Positions 1 to 15,300 of a stretch of DNA of 64,000 nucleotides are shown piece after piece. The notes below the pieces were generated by a model. That model saw nothing but the letters and a program-made list of their open reading frames with translations. It searched no databases and was not told the DNA's origin. How positions within the stretch are numbered: the first letter of the stretch is position 1; each line of letters starts with the position of its first letter. The position numbers and the translations under genes are program-made. The stretch is taken from NCBI GenBank assembly GCA_964016885.1, contig OZ024745.1:1-64000 (forward strand). Reading direction: 5' to 3'. This DNA comes from Eledone cirrhosa (Eukaryota).

Positions 1-3000
1 CAGATGTTATATAGGGTGTAGTGGTGACAGAGGTTATATGATATATAGGGTGTAGTGGTGACAGAAGTTATATATATAGGGTGTAGTGGTGACAGAAGTT
101 ATATAGGGTGTAGTGGTGACAGATGTTATATATATAGGGTGTAGTGGTAACAGAAGTTATATACATAGGGTGTAGTGGTGACAGAAGTTATATATATAGG
201 GTGTAGTGGTGACAGAAGTTATATAGGGTGTAGTGGTGACAGAAGTTATATAGGGTGTAGTGGTGACAGAAGTTATATAGGGTGTAGTGGTGACAGAAGT
301 TATATAGGGTGTAGTGGTGACAGATGTTATATAGGGTGTAGTGGTGACAGAAGTTATATATATATAGGGGTGTAGTGGTAACAGAAGTTATATAGGGTGT
401 AGTGGTGACAGAAGTTATATATATAGGGTGTAGTGGTGACAGAAGTTATATAGGGTGTAGTGGTGACAGAAGTTATATAAATAGGGGTGTAGTGGTGACA
501 GAAGTTATATATATAGGGTGTAGTGGTGACAGAAGTTATATATATAGGGAGTAGTGGTGACAGAAGTTATATAGGGTGTAGTGGTGACAGAAGTTATATA
601 TATAGGGTGTAGTGGTGACAGAAGTTATATAGGGTGTAGTGGTGACAGAAGTTATATATATAGGGTGTAGTGGTGACAGAAGTTATATAGGGTGTAGTGG
701 TGACAGAAGTTATATATATAGGGTGTAGTGGTGACAGAAGTTATATATATAGGGTGTAGTGGTGACAGAAGTTATATATATAGGGTGTAGTGGTGACAGA
801 AGTTATATAGGGTGTAGTGGTGACAGAAGTTATATAGGGTGTAGTGGTGACAGAAGTTATATATATAGAGTGTAGTGGTGACAGAAGTTATATAGGGTGT
901 AGTGGTGACAGAAGTTATATAGGGTGTAGTGGTGACAGAGGTTATATAGGGTGTAGTGGTGACAGATGTTATATATATATAGGGTGTAGTGGTGACAGAA
1001 GTTATATAGGGTGTAGTGGTGACAGAAGTTATATAGGATGTAGTGGTGACAGAAGTTATATATATAGGGTGTAGTGGTGACAGAAGTTATATATATAGGG
1101 TGTAGTGGTGACAGAAGTTATATAGGGTGTAGTGGTGACAGAAGTTATATATATAGGGTGTAGTGGTGACAGAAGTTATATAGGGTGTAGTGGTGACAGA
1201 AGTTATATAGGGTGTAGTGGTGACAGAAGTTATATATATAGAGTGTAGTGGTGACAGAAGTTATATAGGGTGTAGTGGTGACAGATGTTATATATATAGG
1301 GTGTAGTGGTGACAGAAGTTATATAGGGTGTAGTGGTGACAGAGGTTATATAGGGTGTAGTGGTGACAGATGTTATATATATAGGGTGTAGTGGTGACAG
1401 AAGTTATATAGGGTGTAGTGGTGACAGAAGTTATATAGGATGTAGTGGTGACAGAAGTTATATATATAGGGTGTAGTGGTGACAGAAGTTATATATATAT
1501 AGGGTGTAGTGGTGACAGAAGTTATATAGGGTGTAGTGGTGACAGAAGTTATATAGGGTGTAGTGGTGACAGAAGTTATATATATAGGGTGTAGTGGTGA
1601 CAGAAGTTATATAGGGTGTAGTGGTGACAGAAGTTATATAGGGTGTAGTGGTGACAGAAGTTATGTATATAGGGTGTAGTGGTGACAGAGGTTATATATA
1701 TAGGGTGTAGTGGTGACAGAAGTTATATAGGGTGTAGTGGTGACAGAAGTTATATATATAGGGTGTAGTGGTGACAGATGTTATATATATAGGGTGTAGT
1801 GGTGACAGAGGTTATATATATAGGGTGTAGTGGTGACAGAAGTTATATATATAGGGGGTAGTGGTGACAGAAGTTATATAGGGTGTAGTAGTGACAGAAG
1901 TTATATATATAGGGTGTAGTGGTGACAGAGGTTATATATATAGGGTGTAGTGGTGACAGAAGTTATATAGGGTGTAGTGGTGACAGAGGTTATATAGGGT
2001 GTAGTGGTGACAGATGTTATATATATAGGGTGTAGTGGTGACAGAAGTTATATAGGGTGTAGTGGTGACAGAAGTTATATAGGATGTAGTGGTGACAGAA
2101 GTTATATATATAGGGTGTAGTGGTGACAGAAGTTATATATATAGGGTGTAGTGGTGACAGAAGTTATATAGGGTGTAGTGGTGACAGAAGTTATATAGGG
2201 TGTAGTGGTGACAGAAGTTATATATATAGGGTGTAGTGGTGACAGAAGTTATATAGGGTGTAGTGGTGACAGATGTTATATATATAGGGTGTAGTGGTGA
2301 CAGAAGTTATATAGGGTGTAGTGGTGACAGAAGTTATATATATAGGGTGTAGTGGTGACAGATGTTATATATATAGGGTGTAGTGGTGACAGAGGTTATA
2401 TATATAGGGTGTAGTGGTGACAGAAGTTATATATATAGGGGGGTAGTGGTGACAGAAGTTATATAGGGGTGTAGTAGTGACAGAAGTTATATATATAGGG
2501 TGTAGTGGTGACAGAGGTTATATATATAGGGTGTAGTGGTGACAGAAATTATATATATAGGGCGTAGTGGTGACAGAAGTTATATAGGGTGTAGTGGTGA
2601 CAGAAGTTATATATATAGGGTGTAGTGGTGACAGAAGTTATATAGGGTGTAGTGGTGACAGAAGTTATATATATAGGGTGTAGTGGTGACAGAAGTTATA
2701 TATATAGGGTGTAGTCGGTGACAGAAGTTATATATATAGGGCGTAGTGGTGACAGAAGTTATACAGGGTGTAGTGGTGACAGAAGTTATATATATAGGGT
2801 GTAGTGGTGACAGAAGTTATATATATAGGGTGTAGTGGTGACAGAGTTATATATATAGGGTGTAGTGGTGACAGAAGTTATATAGGGTGTAGTGGTGACA
2901 GAAGTTATATATATAGGGTGTAGTGGTGACAGAAGTTATATAGGGTGTAGTGGTGACAGAAGTTATATATATAGGGTGTAGTGGTGACAGAAGTTATATA

Positions 3001-6000
3001 TATAGGGCGTAGTGGTGACAGAAGTTATATAGGGTGTAGTGGTGACAGAAGTTATATATATAGGGTGTAGTGGTGACAGAAGTTATATATATATAGGGTG
3101 TAGTGGTGACAGAAGTTATATATATAGGGTGTAGTGGTGACAGAGGTTATATATATAGGGTGTAGTGGTGACAGAAGTTATATAGGGTGTAGTGGTGACA
3201 GAAGTTATATAGGGTGTAGTGGTGACAGAAGTTATATATATAGGGTGTAGTGGTGACAGAAGTTATATAGGGTGTAGTGGTGACAGAAGTTATATAGGGT
3301 GTAGTGGTGACAGAAGTTATATAGGGTGTAGTGGTGACAGATGTTATATATATAGGGTGTAGTGGTGACAGAAGTTATATAGGGTGTAGTGGTGACAGAG
3401 GTTATATAGGGTGTAGTGCTGACAGATGTTATATATATAGGGTGTAGTGGTGACAGAAGTTATATATATAGAGGGTGTAGTGGTGACAGAGGTTATATAT
3501 ATAGGGTGTAGTGGTGACAGAAGTTATATATATAGGGTGTAGTGGTGACAGAAGTTATATATATAGGGTGTAGTGGTGACAGAGGTTATATATATAGGGT
3601 GTAGTGGTGACAGAAGTTATATAGGGTGTAGTGGTGACAGAAGTTATATAGGGTGTAGTGGTGACAGAAGTTATATATATAGGGTGTAGTGGTGACAGAA
3701 GTTATATATATAGGGTGTAGTGGTGACAGAAGTTATATAGGGTGTAGTGGTGACAGATGTTATATATATAGGGTGTAGTGGTGACAGAAGTTATATAGGG
3801 TGTAGTGATGACAGAAGTTATATATATAGGGTGTAGTGGTAACAGAAGTTATATATATAGGGTGTAGTGGTGACAGATGTTATATAGGGTGTAGTAGTGA
3901 CAGAAGTTATATAGGGTGTAGTGGTGACAGAAGTTATATAGGGTGTAGTGGTGACAGATGTTATATGGGGTGTAGTGGTGACAGAAGTTATATAGGGTGT
4001 AGTGGTGACAGAAGTTATATATATATAGGGTGTAGTGGTGACAGAAGTTATATATATAGGGTGTAGTGGTGACAGAAGTTATATAGGGTGTAGTGGTGAC
4101 AGAAGTTATATAGGGGGTAGTGGTGACAGAAGTTATATATATAGGGCGTAGTGGTGACAGAAGTTATATAGGGTGTAGTGGTGACAGAAGTTATATAGGG
4201 TGTAGTGGTGACAGAAGTTATATATATAGGGTGTAGTGGTGACAGAAGTTATATAGGGGGTAGTGGTGACAGAAGTTATATAGGGGGTAGTGGTGACAGA
4301 AGTTATATAGGGTGTAGTGGTGACAGATGTTATATATATAGGGTGTAGTGGTGACAGAAGTTTTATATATAGGGTGTAGTGGTGACAGAAGTTATATATA
4401 TAGGGTGTAGTGGTGACAGAGGTTATATATATAGGGTGTAGTGGTGACAGAAGTTATATAGGGGGTAGTGGTGACAAGTTATATAGGGTGTAGTGGTGAC
4501 AGAAGTTATATATATAGGGTGTAGTGGTGACAGAAGTTATATATATAGGGTTTAGTGGTGACAGAAGTTATATAGTGTGTAGTGGTGACAGAAGTTATAT
4601 AGGGGGTAGTGGTGACAGAAGTTATATAGGGTATAGTGGTGACAGAAGTTATATATATAGGGTGTAGTGGTGACAGAAGTTATATAGGGTGTAGTGGTGA
4701 CAGAAGTTATATATATAGGGCGTAGTGGTGACAGAAGTTATATAGGGTGTAGTGGTGACAGAAGTTATATAGGGTGTAGTGGTGACAGAAGTTATATAGG
4801 GTGTAGTGGTGACAGAAGTTATATATAGGGTGTAGTGGTGACGGAAGTTATATATAGGGTGTAGTGGTGACAGAAGTTATATAGGGTGTAGTGGTGACAG
4901 ATGTTATATATATAGGGTGTAGTGGTGACAGAAGTTATATATATAGGGTGTAGTGGTGACAGAAGTTATATAGGGTGTAGTGGTGACAGAAGTTATATAT
5001 AGGGTGTAGTGGTGACGGAAGTTATATATAGGGTGTAGTGGTGACAGAAGTTATATAGGGTGTAGTGGTGACAGATGTTATATATATAGGGCGTAGTGGT
5101 GACAGAAGTTATATAGGGTGTAGTGGTGACAGAAGTTATATATATAGGGTGTAGTGGTGACAGAAGTTATATATATTGGGTGTAGTTGTGACAGAAGTTA
5201 TATATATAGGGTGTAGTGGTGACAGAAGTTATATAGGGTGTAGTGGTGACAGAGGTTATATATATAGGGTGTAGTGGTGACAGAAGTTATATAGGGTGTA
5301 GTGGTGACAGATGTTATATAGGGTGTAGTGGTGACAGAAGTTATATATATTGGGTGTAGTGGTGACAGAACTTATATATATAGGGGGTAGTGGTGACAGA
5401 AGTTATATAGGGGGTAGTGGTGACAGAAATTATATATATTGGGTGTAGTTGTGACAGAAGTTATATATATAGGGGGTAGTGGTGACAGAAGTTATATAGG
5501 GTGTAGTGGTGACAGAAGTTATATATATAGGGTGTAGTGGTGACAGAAGTTATATATATAGGGTGTAGTGGTGACAGAAGTTATATAGGGGGTAGTGGTG
5601 ACAGAAGTTATATAGGGTGTAGTGGTGACAGAAGTTATATATATAGGGTGTAGTGGTGACAGAAGTTATATATATAGGGTGTAGTGGTGACAGAAGTTAT
5701 ATAGGGTGTAGTGGTGACAGAAGTTATATATATATAGGGTGTAGTGGTGACAGAAGTTATATATATAGGGTGTAGTGGTGACAGAAGTTATATATATAGG
5801 GTGTAGTGGTGACAGAAGTTATATAGGGTGTAGTGGTGACAGAAGTTATATATATAGGGTGTAGTGGTGACAGATGTTATATATATAGGGTGTAGTGGTG
5901 ACAGAAGTTATATATATAGGGTGTAGTGGTGACAGAAGTTATATAGGGTGTAGTGGTGACAGAAGTTATATAGGGTGTAGTGGTGACAGAAGTTATATAG

Positions 6001-9000
6001 GGTGTAGTGGTGACAGATGTTATATATATAGGGTGTAGTGGTGACAGAAGTTATATATATAGGGTGTAGTGGTGACAGAAGTTATATAGGGTGTAGTGGT
6101 GACAGAAGTTATATAGGGTGTAGTAGTGACAGAGGTTATATATATAGGGCGTAGTGGTGACAGATGTTATATAGGGTGTAGTGGTGACAGATGTTATATA
6201 GGGTGTAGTGGTGACAGAAGTTATATATATAGGGCGTAGTGGTGACAGAAGTTATATAGGGTGTAGTGGTGACAGAAGTTATATATATATAGGGTGTAGT
6301 AGTGACAGAGGTAATATATATAGGGGGTAGTGGTGACAGAAGTTATATAGGGTGTAGTGGTGACAGAAGTTATATAGGGTGTAGTGGTGACAGAAGTTAT
6401 ATAGGGTGTAGTGGTGACAGAAGTTATATAGGGTGTAGTGGTAACAGAAGTTATATATATAGGGTGTAGTGGTGACATGTTATATAGGGTGTAGTGGTGA
6501 CAGATGTTATATATATAGGGTGTAGTGGTGACAGAAGTTATATATATAGGGTGTAGTGGTGACAGAAGTTATATATATAGGGTGTAGTGGTGACAGAAGT
6601 TATATATATAGGGTGTAGTGGTGACAGAAGTTATATAGGGGGTAGTGGTGACAGAAGTTATATATATAGGGTGTAGTGGTGACAGATGTTATATATATAG
6701 GGTGTAGTGGTGACAGAAGTTATATAGGGTGTAGTGGTGACAGAAGTTATATAGGGTGTAGTGGTGACAGATGTTATATATATAGGGTGTAGTGGTGACA
6801 GAAGTTATATATATAGGGTGTAGTGGTGACAGAAGTTATATAGGGTGTAGTGGTGACAGATGTTATATATATAGGGTGTAGTGGTGACAGAAGTTACATA
6901 TATAGGGTGTAGTGGTGACAGAAGTTATATAGGGTGTAGTGGTAACAGAAGTTATATATATAGGGTGTAGTGGTGACAGAAGTTATATAAGGTGTAGTGG
7001 TGACAGAAGTTATATAGGGTGTAGTGGTGACAGAAATTATATAGGGTGTAGTGGTGACAGATGTTATATAGGGTGTAGTGGGGACAGATGTTATATAGGG
7101 TGTAGTGGTGACAGAAGTTATATATATAGGGCGTAGTGGTGACAGATGTTATATAGGGTGTAGTGGTGACAGAAGTTATATAGGGTGTAGTGGTGACAGA
7201 AGTTATATATATATAGGGTGTAGTAGTGACAGAGGTTATATATATAGGGGGTAGTGGTGACAGAAGTTATATAGGGTGTAGTGGTGACAGAAGTTATATA
7301 GGGTGTAGTGGTGACAGAAGTTATATAGGGTGTAGTGGTGACAGATGTTATATAGGGTGTAGTGGTGACAGATGTTATATAGGGTGTAGTGGTAACAGAA
7401 GTTATATATATAGGGTGTAGTGGTGACATGTTATATAGGGTGTAGTGGTAACAGAAGTTATATATATAGGGCGTAGTGGTGACAGATGTTATATAGGGTG
7501 TAGTGGTGACAGAGGTTATATATATATAGGGTGTAGTGGTGACAGAAGTTATATATATAGGGTGTAGTGGTGACAGAAGTTATATAGGGTGTAGTGGTGA
7601 CAGATGTTATATATATAGGGTGTAGTGGTAACAGAAGTTATATACATAGGGTGTAGTGGTGACAGAAGTTATATATATAGGGTGTAGTGGTGACAGAAGT
7701 TATATAGGGTGTAGTGGTGACAGAAGTTATATAGGGTGTAGTGGTGACAGAAGTTATATAGGGTGTAGTGGTGACAGAAGTTATATAGGGTGTAGTGGTG
7801 ACAGATGTTATATAGGGTGTAGTGGTGACAGAAGTTATATATATATAGGGTGTAGTGGTAACAGAAGTTATATAGGGTGTAGTGGTGACAGAAGTTATAT
7901 ATATAGGGTGTAGTGGTGACAGAAGTTATATAGGGTGTAGTGGTGACAGAAGTTATATAAATAGGGTGTAGTGGTGACAGAAGTTATATATATAGGGTGT
8001 AGTGGTGACAGAAGTTATATATATAGGGAGTAGTGGTGACAGAAGTTATATAGGGTGTAGTGGTGACAGAAGTTATATATATAGGGTGTAGTGGTGACAG
8101 AAGTTATATAGGGTGTAGTGGTGACAGAAGTTATATATATAGGGTGTAGTGGTGACAGAAGTTATATAGGGTGTAGTGGTGACAGAAGTTATATATATAG
8201 GGTGTAGTGGTGACAGAAGTTATATATATAGGGTGTAGTGGTGACAGAAGTTATATATATAGGGTGTAGTGGTGACAGAAGTTATATAGGGTGTAGTGGT
8301 GACAGAAGTTATATAGGGTGTAGTGGTGACAGAAGTTATATATATAGAGTGTAGTGGTGACAGAAGTTATATAGGGTGTAGTGGTGACAGAAGTTATATA
8401 GGGTGTAGTGGTGACAGAGGTTATATAGGGTGTAGTGGTGACAGATGTTATATATATATAGGGTGTAGTGGTGACAGAAGTTATATAGGGTGTAGTGGTG
8501 ACAGAAGTTATATAGGATGTAGTGGTGACAGAAGTTATATATATAGGGTGTAGTGGTGACAGAAGTTATATATATAGGGTGTAGTGGTGACAGAAGTTAT
8601 ATAGGGTGTAGTGGTGACAGAAGTTATATATATAGGGTGTAGTGGTGACAGAAGTTATATAGGGTGTAGTGGTGACAGAAGTTATATAGGGTGTAGTGGT
8701 GACAGAAGTTATATATATAGAGTGTAGTGGTGACAGAAGTTATATAGGGTGTAGTGGTGACAGATGTTATATATATAGGGTGTAGTGGTGACAGAAGTTA
8801 TATAGGGTGTAGTGGTGACAGAGGTTATATAGGGTGTAGTGGTGACAGATGTTATATATATAGGGTGTAGTGGTGACAGAAGTTATATAGGGTGTAGTGG
8901 TGACAGAAGTTATATAGGATGTAGTGGTGACAGAAGTTATATATATAGGGTGTAGTGGTGACAGAAGTTATATATATATAGGGTGTAGTGGTGACAGAAG

Positions 9001-11280
9001 TTATATAGGGTGTAGTGGTGACAGAAGTTATATAGGGTGTAGTGGTGACAGAAGTTATATATATAGGGTGTAGTGGTGACAGAAGTTATATAGGGTGTAG
9101 TGGTGACAGAAGTTATATAGGGTGTAGTGGTGACAGAAGTTATGTATATAGGGTGTAGTGGTGACAGAGGTTATATATATAGGGTGTAGTGGTGACAGAA
9201 GTTATATAGGGTGTAGTGGTGACAGAAGTTATATATATAGGGTGTAGTGGTGACAGATGTTATATATATAGGGTGTAGTGGTGACAGAGGTTATATATAT
9301 AGGGTGTAGTGGTGACAGAAGTTATATATATAGGGGGTAGTGGTGACAGAAGTTATATAGGGTGTAGTAGTGACAGAAGTTATATATATAGGGTGTAGTG
9401 GTGACAGAGGTTATATATATAGGGTGTAGTGGTGACAGAAGTTATATAGGGTGTAGTGGTGACAGAGGTTATATAGGGTGTAGTGGTGACAGATGTTATA
9501 TATATAGGGTGTAGTGGTGACAGAAGTTATATAGGGTGTAGTGGTGACAGAAGTTATATAGGATGTAGTGGTGACAGAAGTTATATATATAGGGTGTAGT
9601 GGTGACAGAAGTTATATATATAGGGTGTAGTGGTGACAGAAGTTATATAGGGTGTAGTGGTGACAGAAGTTATATAGGGTGTAGTGGTGACAGAAGTTAT
9701 ATATATAGGGTGTAGTGGTGACAGAAGTTATATAGGGTGTAGTGGTGACAGATGTTATATATATAGGGTGTAGTGGTGACAGAAGTTATATAGGGTGTAG
9801 TGGTGACAGAAGTTATATATATAGGGTGTAGTGGTGACAGATGTTATATATATAGGGTGTAGTGGTGACAGAGGTTATATATATAGGGTGTAGTGGTGAC
9901 AGAAGTTATATATATAGGGGGTAGTGGTGACAGAAGTTATATAGGGTGTAGTAGTGACAGAAGTTATATATATAGGGTGTAGTGGTGACAGAGGTTATAT
10001 ATATAGGGTGTAGTGGTGACAGAAATTATATATATAGGGCGTAGTGGTGACAGAAGTTATATAGGGTGTAGTGGTGACAGAAGTTATATATATAGGGTGT
10101 AGTGGTGACAGAAGTTATATAGGGTGTAGTGGTGACAGAAGTTATATATATAGGGTGTAGTGGTGACAGAAGTTATATATATAGGGTGTAGTGGTGACAG
10201 AAGTTATATATATAGGGCGTAGTGGTGACAGAAGTTATACAGGGTGTAGTGGTGACAGAAGTTATATATATAGGGTGTAGTGGTGACAGAAGTTATATAT
10301 ATAGGGTGTAGTGGTGACAGAGTTATATATATAGGGTGTAGTGGTGACAGAAGTTATATAGGGTGTAGTGGTGACAGAAGTTATATATATAGGGTGTAGT
10401 GGTGACAGAAGTTATATAGGGTGTAGTGGTGACAGAAGTTATATATATAGGGTGTAGTGGTGACAGAAGTTATATATATAGGGCGTAGTGGTGACAGAAG
10501 TTATATAGGGTGTAGTGGTGACAGAAGTTATATATATAGGGTGTAGTGGTGACAGAAGTTATATATATATAGGGTGTAGTGGTGACAGAAGTTATATATA
10601 TAGGGTGTAGTGGTGACAGAGGTTATATATATAGGGTGTAGTGGTGACAGAAGTTATATAGGGTGTAGTGGTGACAGAAGTTATATAGGGTGTAGTGGTG
10701 ACAGAAGTTATATATATAGGGTGTAGTGGTGACAGAAGTTATATAGGGTGTAGTGGTGACAGAAGTTATATAGGGTGTAGTGGTGACAGAAGTTATATAG
10801 GGTGTAGTGGTGACAGATGTTATATATATAGGGTGTAGTGGTGACAGAAGTTATATAGGGTGTAGTGGTGACAGAGGTTATATAGGGTGTAGTGCTGACA
10901 GATGTTATATATATAGGGTGTAGTGGTGACAGAAGTTATATATATAGAGGGTGTAGTGGTGACAGAGGTTATATATATAGGGTGTAGTGGTGACAGAAGT
11001 TATATATATAGGGTGTAGTGGTGACAGAAGTTATATATATAGGGTGTAGTGGTGACAGAGGTTATATATATAGGGTGTAGTGGTGACAGAAGTTATATAG
11101 GGTGTAGTGGTGACAGAAGTTATATAGGGTGTAGTGGTGACAGAAGTTATATATATAGGGTGTAGTGGTGACAGAAGTTATATATATAGGGTGTAGTGGT
11201 GACAGAAGTTATATAGGGTGTAGTGGTGACAGATGTTATATATATAGGGTGTAGTGGTGACAGAAGTTATATAGGGTGTA
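1..11280 (+). repeat. Higher-order duplication: 1-~3800 recurs at ~7480-~11280 (offset about 7.48 kb)
   Basis: Identical ORF translations at 844 and 8323 (offset 7479). Rare variants recur in the same order: ATACATAGGG (~161/~7643), GGGAGTAG (~547/~8026), GTGCTGAC (3419/10895), TAGAGGG (~3470/~10946). Confidence 0.9.
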
Positions 11281-11479
11281 GTGGTGACAGAAGTTATATA
11301 TATAGGGTGTAGTGGTGACAGAGGTTATATATATAGGGTGTAGTGGTGACAGAAGTTATATAGGGTGTAGTGGTGACAGAAGTTATATATATAGGGTGTA
11401 GTGGTGACAGATGTTATATATATAGGGTGTAGTGGTGACAGAGGTTATATATATAGGGTGTAGTGGTGACAGAAGTTAT

Positions 11480-14400
11480 ATATATAGGGGGTAGTGGTGA
11501 CAGAAGTTATATATATAGGGGGTAGTGGTGACAGAAGTTATATAGGGTGTAGTAGTGACAGAAGTAATATATATAGGGCGTAGTGGTGACAGAGGTTATA
11601 TATATAGGGTGTAGTGGTGACAGAAGTTATATATATAGGGCGTAGTGGTGACACAAGTTATATATATAGGGGGTAGTGGTGACAGAAGTTATATAGGGTG
11701 TAGTAGTGACAGAAGTAATATATATAGGGTGTAGTGGTGACAGAGGTTATATATATAGGGTGTAGTGGTGACAGAAGTTATATAGGGTGTAGTGGTGACA
11801 GAAGTTATATATATAGGGTGTAGTGGTGACAGAAGTTATATAGGGTGTAGTGGTGACAGAAGTTATATATATAGGGTGTAGTGGTGACAGAAGTTATATA
11901 TATAGGGTGTAGTGGTGACAGAAGTTATATATATAGGGCGTAGTGGTGACAGAAGTTATATAGGGTGTAGTGGTGACAGAAGTTATATATATAGGGTGTA
12001 GTGGTGACAGAAGTTATATATATAGGGTGTAGTGGTGACAGAGTTATATATATAGGGTGTAGTGGTGACAGAAGTTATATAGGGTGTAGTGGTGACAGAA
12101 GTTATATATATAGGGTGTAGTGGTGACAGAAGTTATATAGGGTGTAGTGGTGACAGAAGTTATATATATAGGGTGTAGTGGTGACAGAAGTTATATATAT
12201 AGGGCGTAGTGTTGACAGAAGTTATATAGGGTGTAGTGGTGACAGAAGTTATATATATAGGGTGTAGTGGTGACAGAAGTTATATATATAGAGGGTGTAG
12301 TGGTGACAGAGGTTATATATATATAGGGTGTAGTGGTGACAGAAGTTATATATATAGGGTGTAGTGGTGACAGAAGTTATATATATAGGGTGTAGTGGTG
12401 ACAGAGGTTATATATATAGGGTGTAGTGGTGACAGAAGTTATATAGGGTGTAGTGGTGACAGAAGTTATATAGGGTGTAGTGGTGACAGAAGTTATATAT
12501 ATAGGGTGTAGTGGTGACAGAAGTTATATATATAGGGTGTAGTGGTGACAGAAGTTATATAGGGTGTAGTGGTGACAGATGTTATATATATAGGGTGTAG
12601 TGGTGACAGAAGTTATATAGGGTGTAGTGGTGACAGAAGTTATATATATAGGGTGTAGTGGTGACAGAGGTTATATATATAGGGTGTAGTGGTGACAGAA
12701 GTTATATAGGGTGTAGTGGTGACAGAAGTTATATATATAGGGTGTAGTGGTGACAGATGTTATATATATAGGGTGTAGTGGTGACAGAGGTTATATATAT
12801 AGGGTGTAGTGGTGACAGAAGTTATATATATAGGGGGTAGTGGTGACAGAAGTTATATAGGGTGTAGTAGTGACAGAAGTTATATATATAGGGTGTAGTG
12901 GTGACAGAGGTTATATATATAGGGTGTAGTGGTGACAGAAGTTATATATATAGGGCGTAGTGGTGACAGAAGTTATATAGGGTGTAGTGGTGACAGAAGT
13001 TATATATATAGGGTGTAGTGGTGACAGAAGTTATATAGGGTGTAGTGGTGACAGAAGTTATATATATAGGGTGTAGTGGTGACAGAAGTTATATATATAG
13101 GGTGTAGTGGTGACAGAAGTTATATATATAGGGCGTAGTGGTGACAGAAGTTATACAGGGTGTAGTGGTGACAGAAGTTATATATATAGGGTGTAGTGGT
13201 GACAGAAGTTATATATATAGGGTGTAGTGGCGACAGAGTTATATATATAGGGTGTAGTGGTGACAGAAGTTATATAGGGTGTAGTGGTGACAGAAGTTAT
13301 ATATATAGGGTGTAGTGGTGACAGAAGTTAAATAGGGTGTAGTGGTGACAGAAGTTATATATATAGGGTGTAGTGGTGACAGAAGTTATATATATAGGGC
13401 GTAGTGGTGACAGAAGTTATATAGGGTGTAGTGGTGACAGAAGTTATATATATAGGGTGTAGTGGTGACAGAAGTTATATATATATAGGGTGTAGTGGTG
13501 ACAGAAGTTATATATATAGGGTGTAGTGGTGACAGAGGTTATATATATAGGGTGTAGTGGTGACAGAAGTTATATAGGGTGTAGTGGTGACAGAAGTTAT
13601 ATAGGGTGTAGTGGTGACAGAAGTTATATATATAGGGTGTAGTGGTGACAGAAGTTATATAGGGTGTAGTGGTGACAGAAGTTATATAGGGTGTAGTGGT
13701 GACAGAAGTTATATAGGGTGTAGTGGTGACAGATGTTATATATATAGGGTGGAGTTGTGACAGAAGTTATATAGGGTGTAGTGGTGACAGAGGTTATATA
13801 GGGTGTAGTGCTGACAGATGTTATATATATAGGGTGTAGTGGTGACAGAAGTTATATAGGGTGTAGTGGTGACAGAAGTTATATAGGGTGTAGTGGTGAC
13901 AGAAGTTATATATATAGGGTGTAGTGGTGACAGAAGTTATATATATAGGGTGTAGTGGTGACAGAAGTTATATATATAGGGTGTAGTGGTGACAGAAGTT
14001 ATATAGGGTGTAGTGGTGACAGAAGTTATATAGGGTGTAGTGGTGACAGAAGTTATATATATAGGGTGTAGTGGTGACAGAAGTTATATAGGGTGTAGTG
14101 GTGACAGAAGTTATATATATAGGGTGTAGTGGTGACAGATGTTATATAGGGTGTAGTGGTGACAGAAGTTATATATATAGGGCGTAGTGGTGACAGAAGT
14201 TATATAGGGTGTAGTGGTGACAGAAGTTATATATATAGGGTGTAGTGGTGACAGAAGTTATATAGGGTGTAGTGGTGACAGAAGTTATATATATAGGGGG
14301 TAGTGGTGACAGAAGTTATATATATAGGGGGTAGTGGTGACAGAAGTTATATAGGGTGTAGTAGTGACAGAAGTAATATATATAGGGCGTAGTGGTGACA

Positions 14401-15300
14401 GAGGTTATATATATAGGGTGTAGTGGTGACAGAAGTTATATATATAGGGCGTAGTGGTGACACAAGTTATATATATAGGGGGTAGTGGTGACAGAAGTTA
14501 TATAGGGTGTAGTAGTGACAGAAGTAATATATATAGGGTGTAGTGGTGACAGAGGTTATATATATAGGGTGTAGTGGTGACAGAAGTTATATAGGGTGTA
14601 GTGGTGACAGAAGTTATATATATAGGGTGTAGTGGTGACAGAAGTTATATAGGGTGTAGTGGTGACAGAAGTTATATATATAGGGTGTAGTGGTGACAGA
14701 AGTTATATATATAGGGTGTAGTGGTGACAGAAGTTATATATATAGGGCGTAGTGGTGACAGAAGTTATATAGGGTGTAGTGGTGACAGAAGTTATATATA
14801 TAGGGTGTAGTGGTGACAGAAGTTATATATATAGGGTGTAGTGGTGACAGAGTTATATATATAGGGTGTAGTGGTGACAGAAGTTATATAGGGTGTAGTG
14901 GTGACAGAAGTTATATATATAGGGTGTAGTGGTGACAGAAGTTATATAGGGTGTAGTGGTGACAGAAGTTATATATATAGGGTGTAGTGGTGACAGAAGT
15001 TATATATATAGGGCGTAGTGTTGACAGAAGTTATATAGGGTGTAGTGGTGACAGAAGTTATATATATAGGGTGTAGTGGTGACAGAAGTTATATATATAG
15101 AGGGTGTAGTGGTGACAGAGGTTATATATATAGGGTGTAGTGGTGACAGAAGTTATATATATAGGGTGTAGTGGTGACAGAAGTTATATATATAGGGTGT
15201 AGTGGTGACAGAGGTTATATATATAGGGTGTAGTGGTGACAGAAGTTATATAGGGTGTAGTGGTGACAGAAGTTATATAGGGTGTAGTGGTGACAGAAGT
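11480..15300 (+). repeat. Higher-order duplication with about 2.81 kb offset (~11.5-12.5 kb vs ~14.3-15.3 kb)
   Basis: Shared rare variants GACACAAG (~11651/~14460), GTGTTGAC (~12210/~15020), TAGAGGG (~12290/~15099) and AAGTAAT units in the same order. Confidence 0.8.

Noticed and set aside
6221-7429. Minus-strand mucin-like (ITSVTTTPY)n ORFs
   Set aside because: The ATG comes from a 2-bp deletion variant (GACATG), the frame shifts at 31-bp units, and there is no signal peptide or splice acceptor. A by-product of the repeat.
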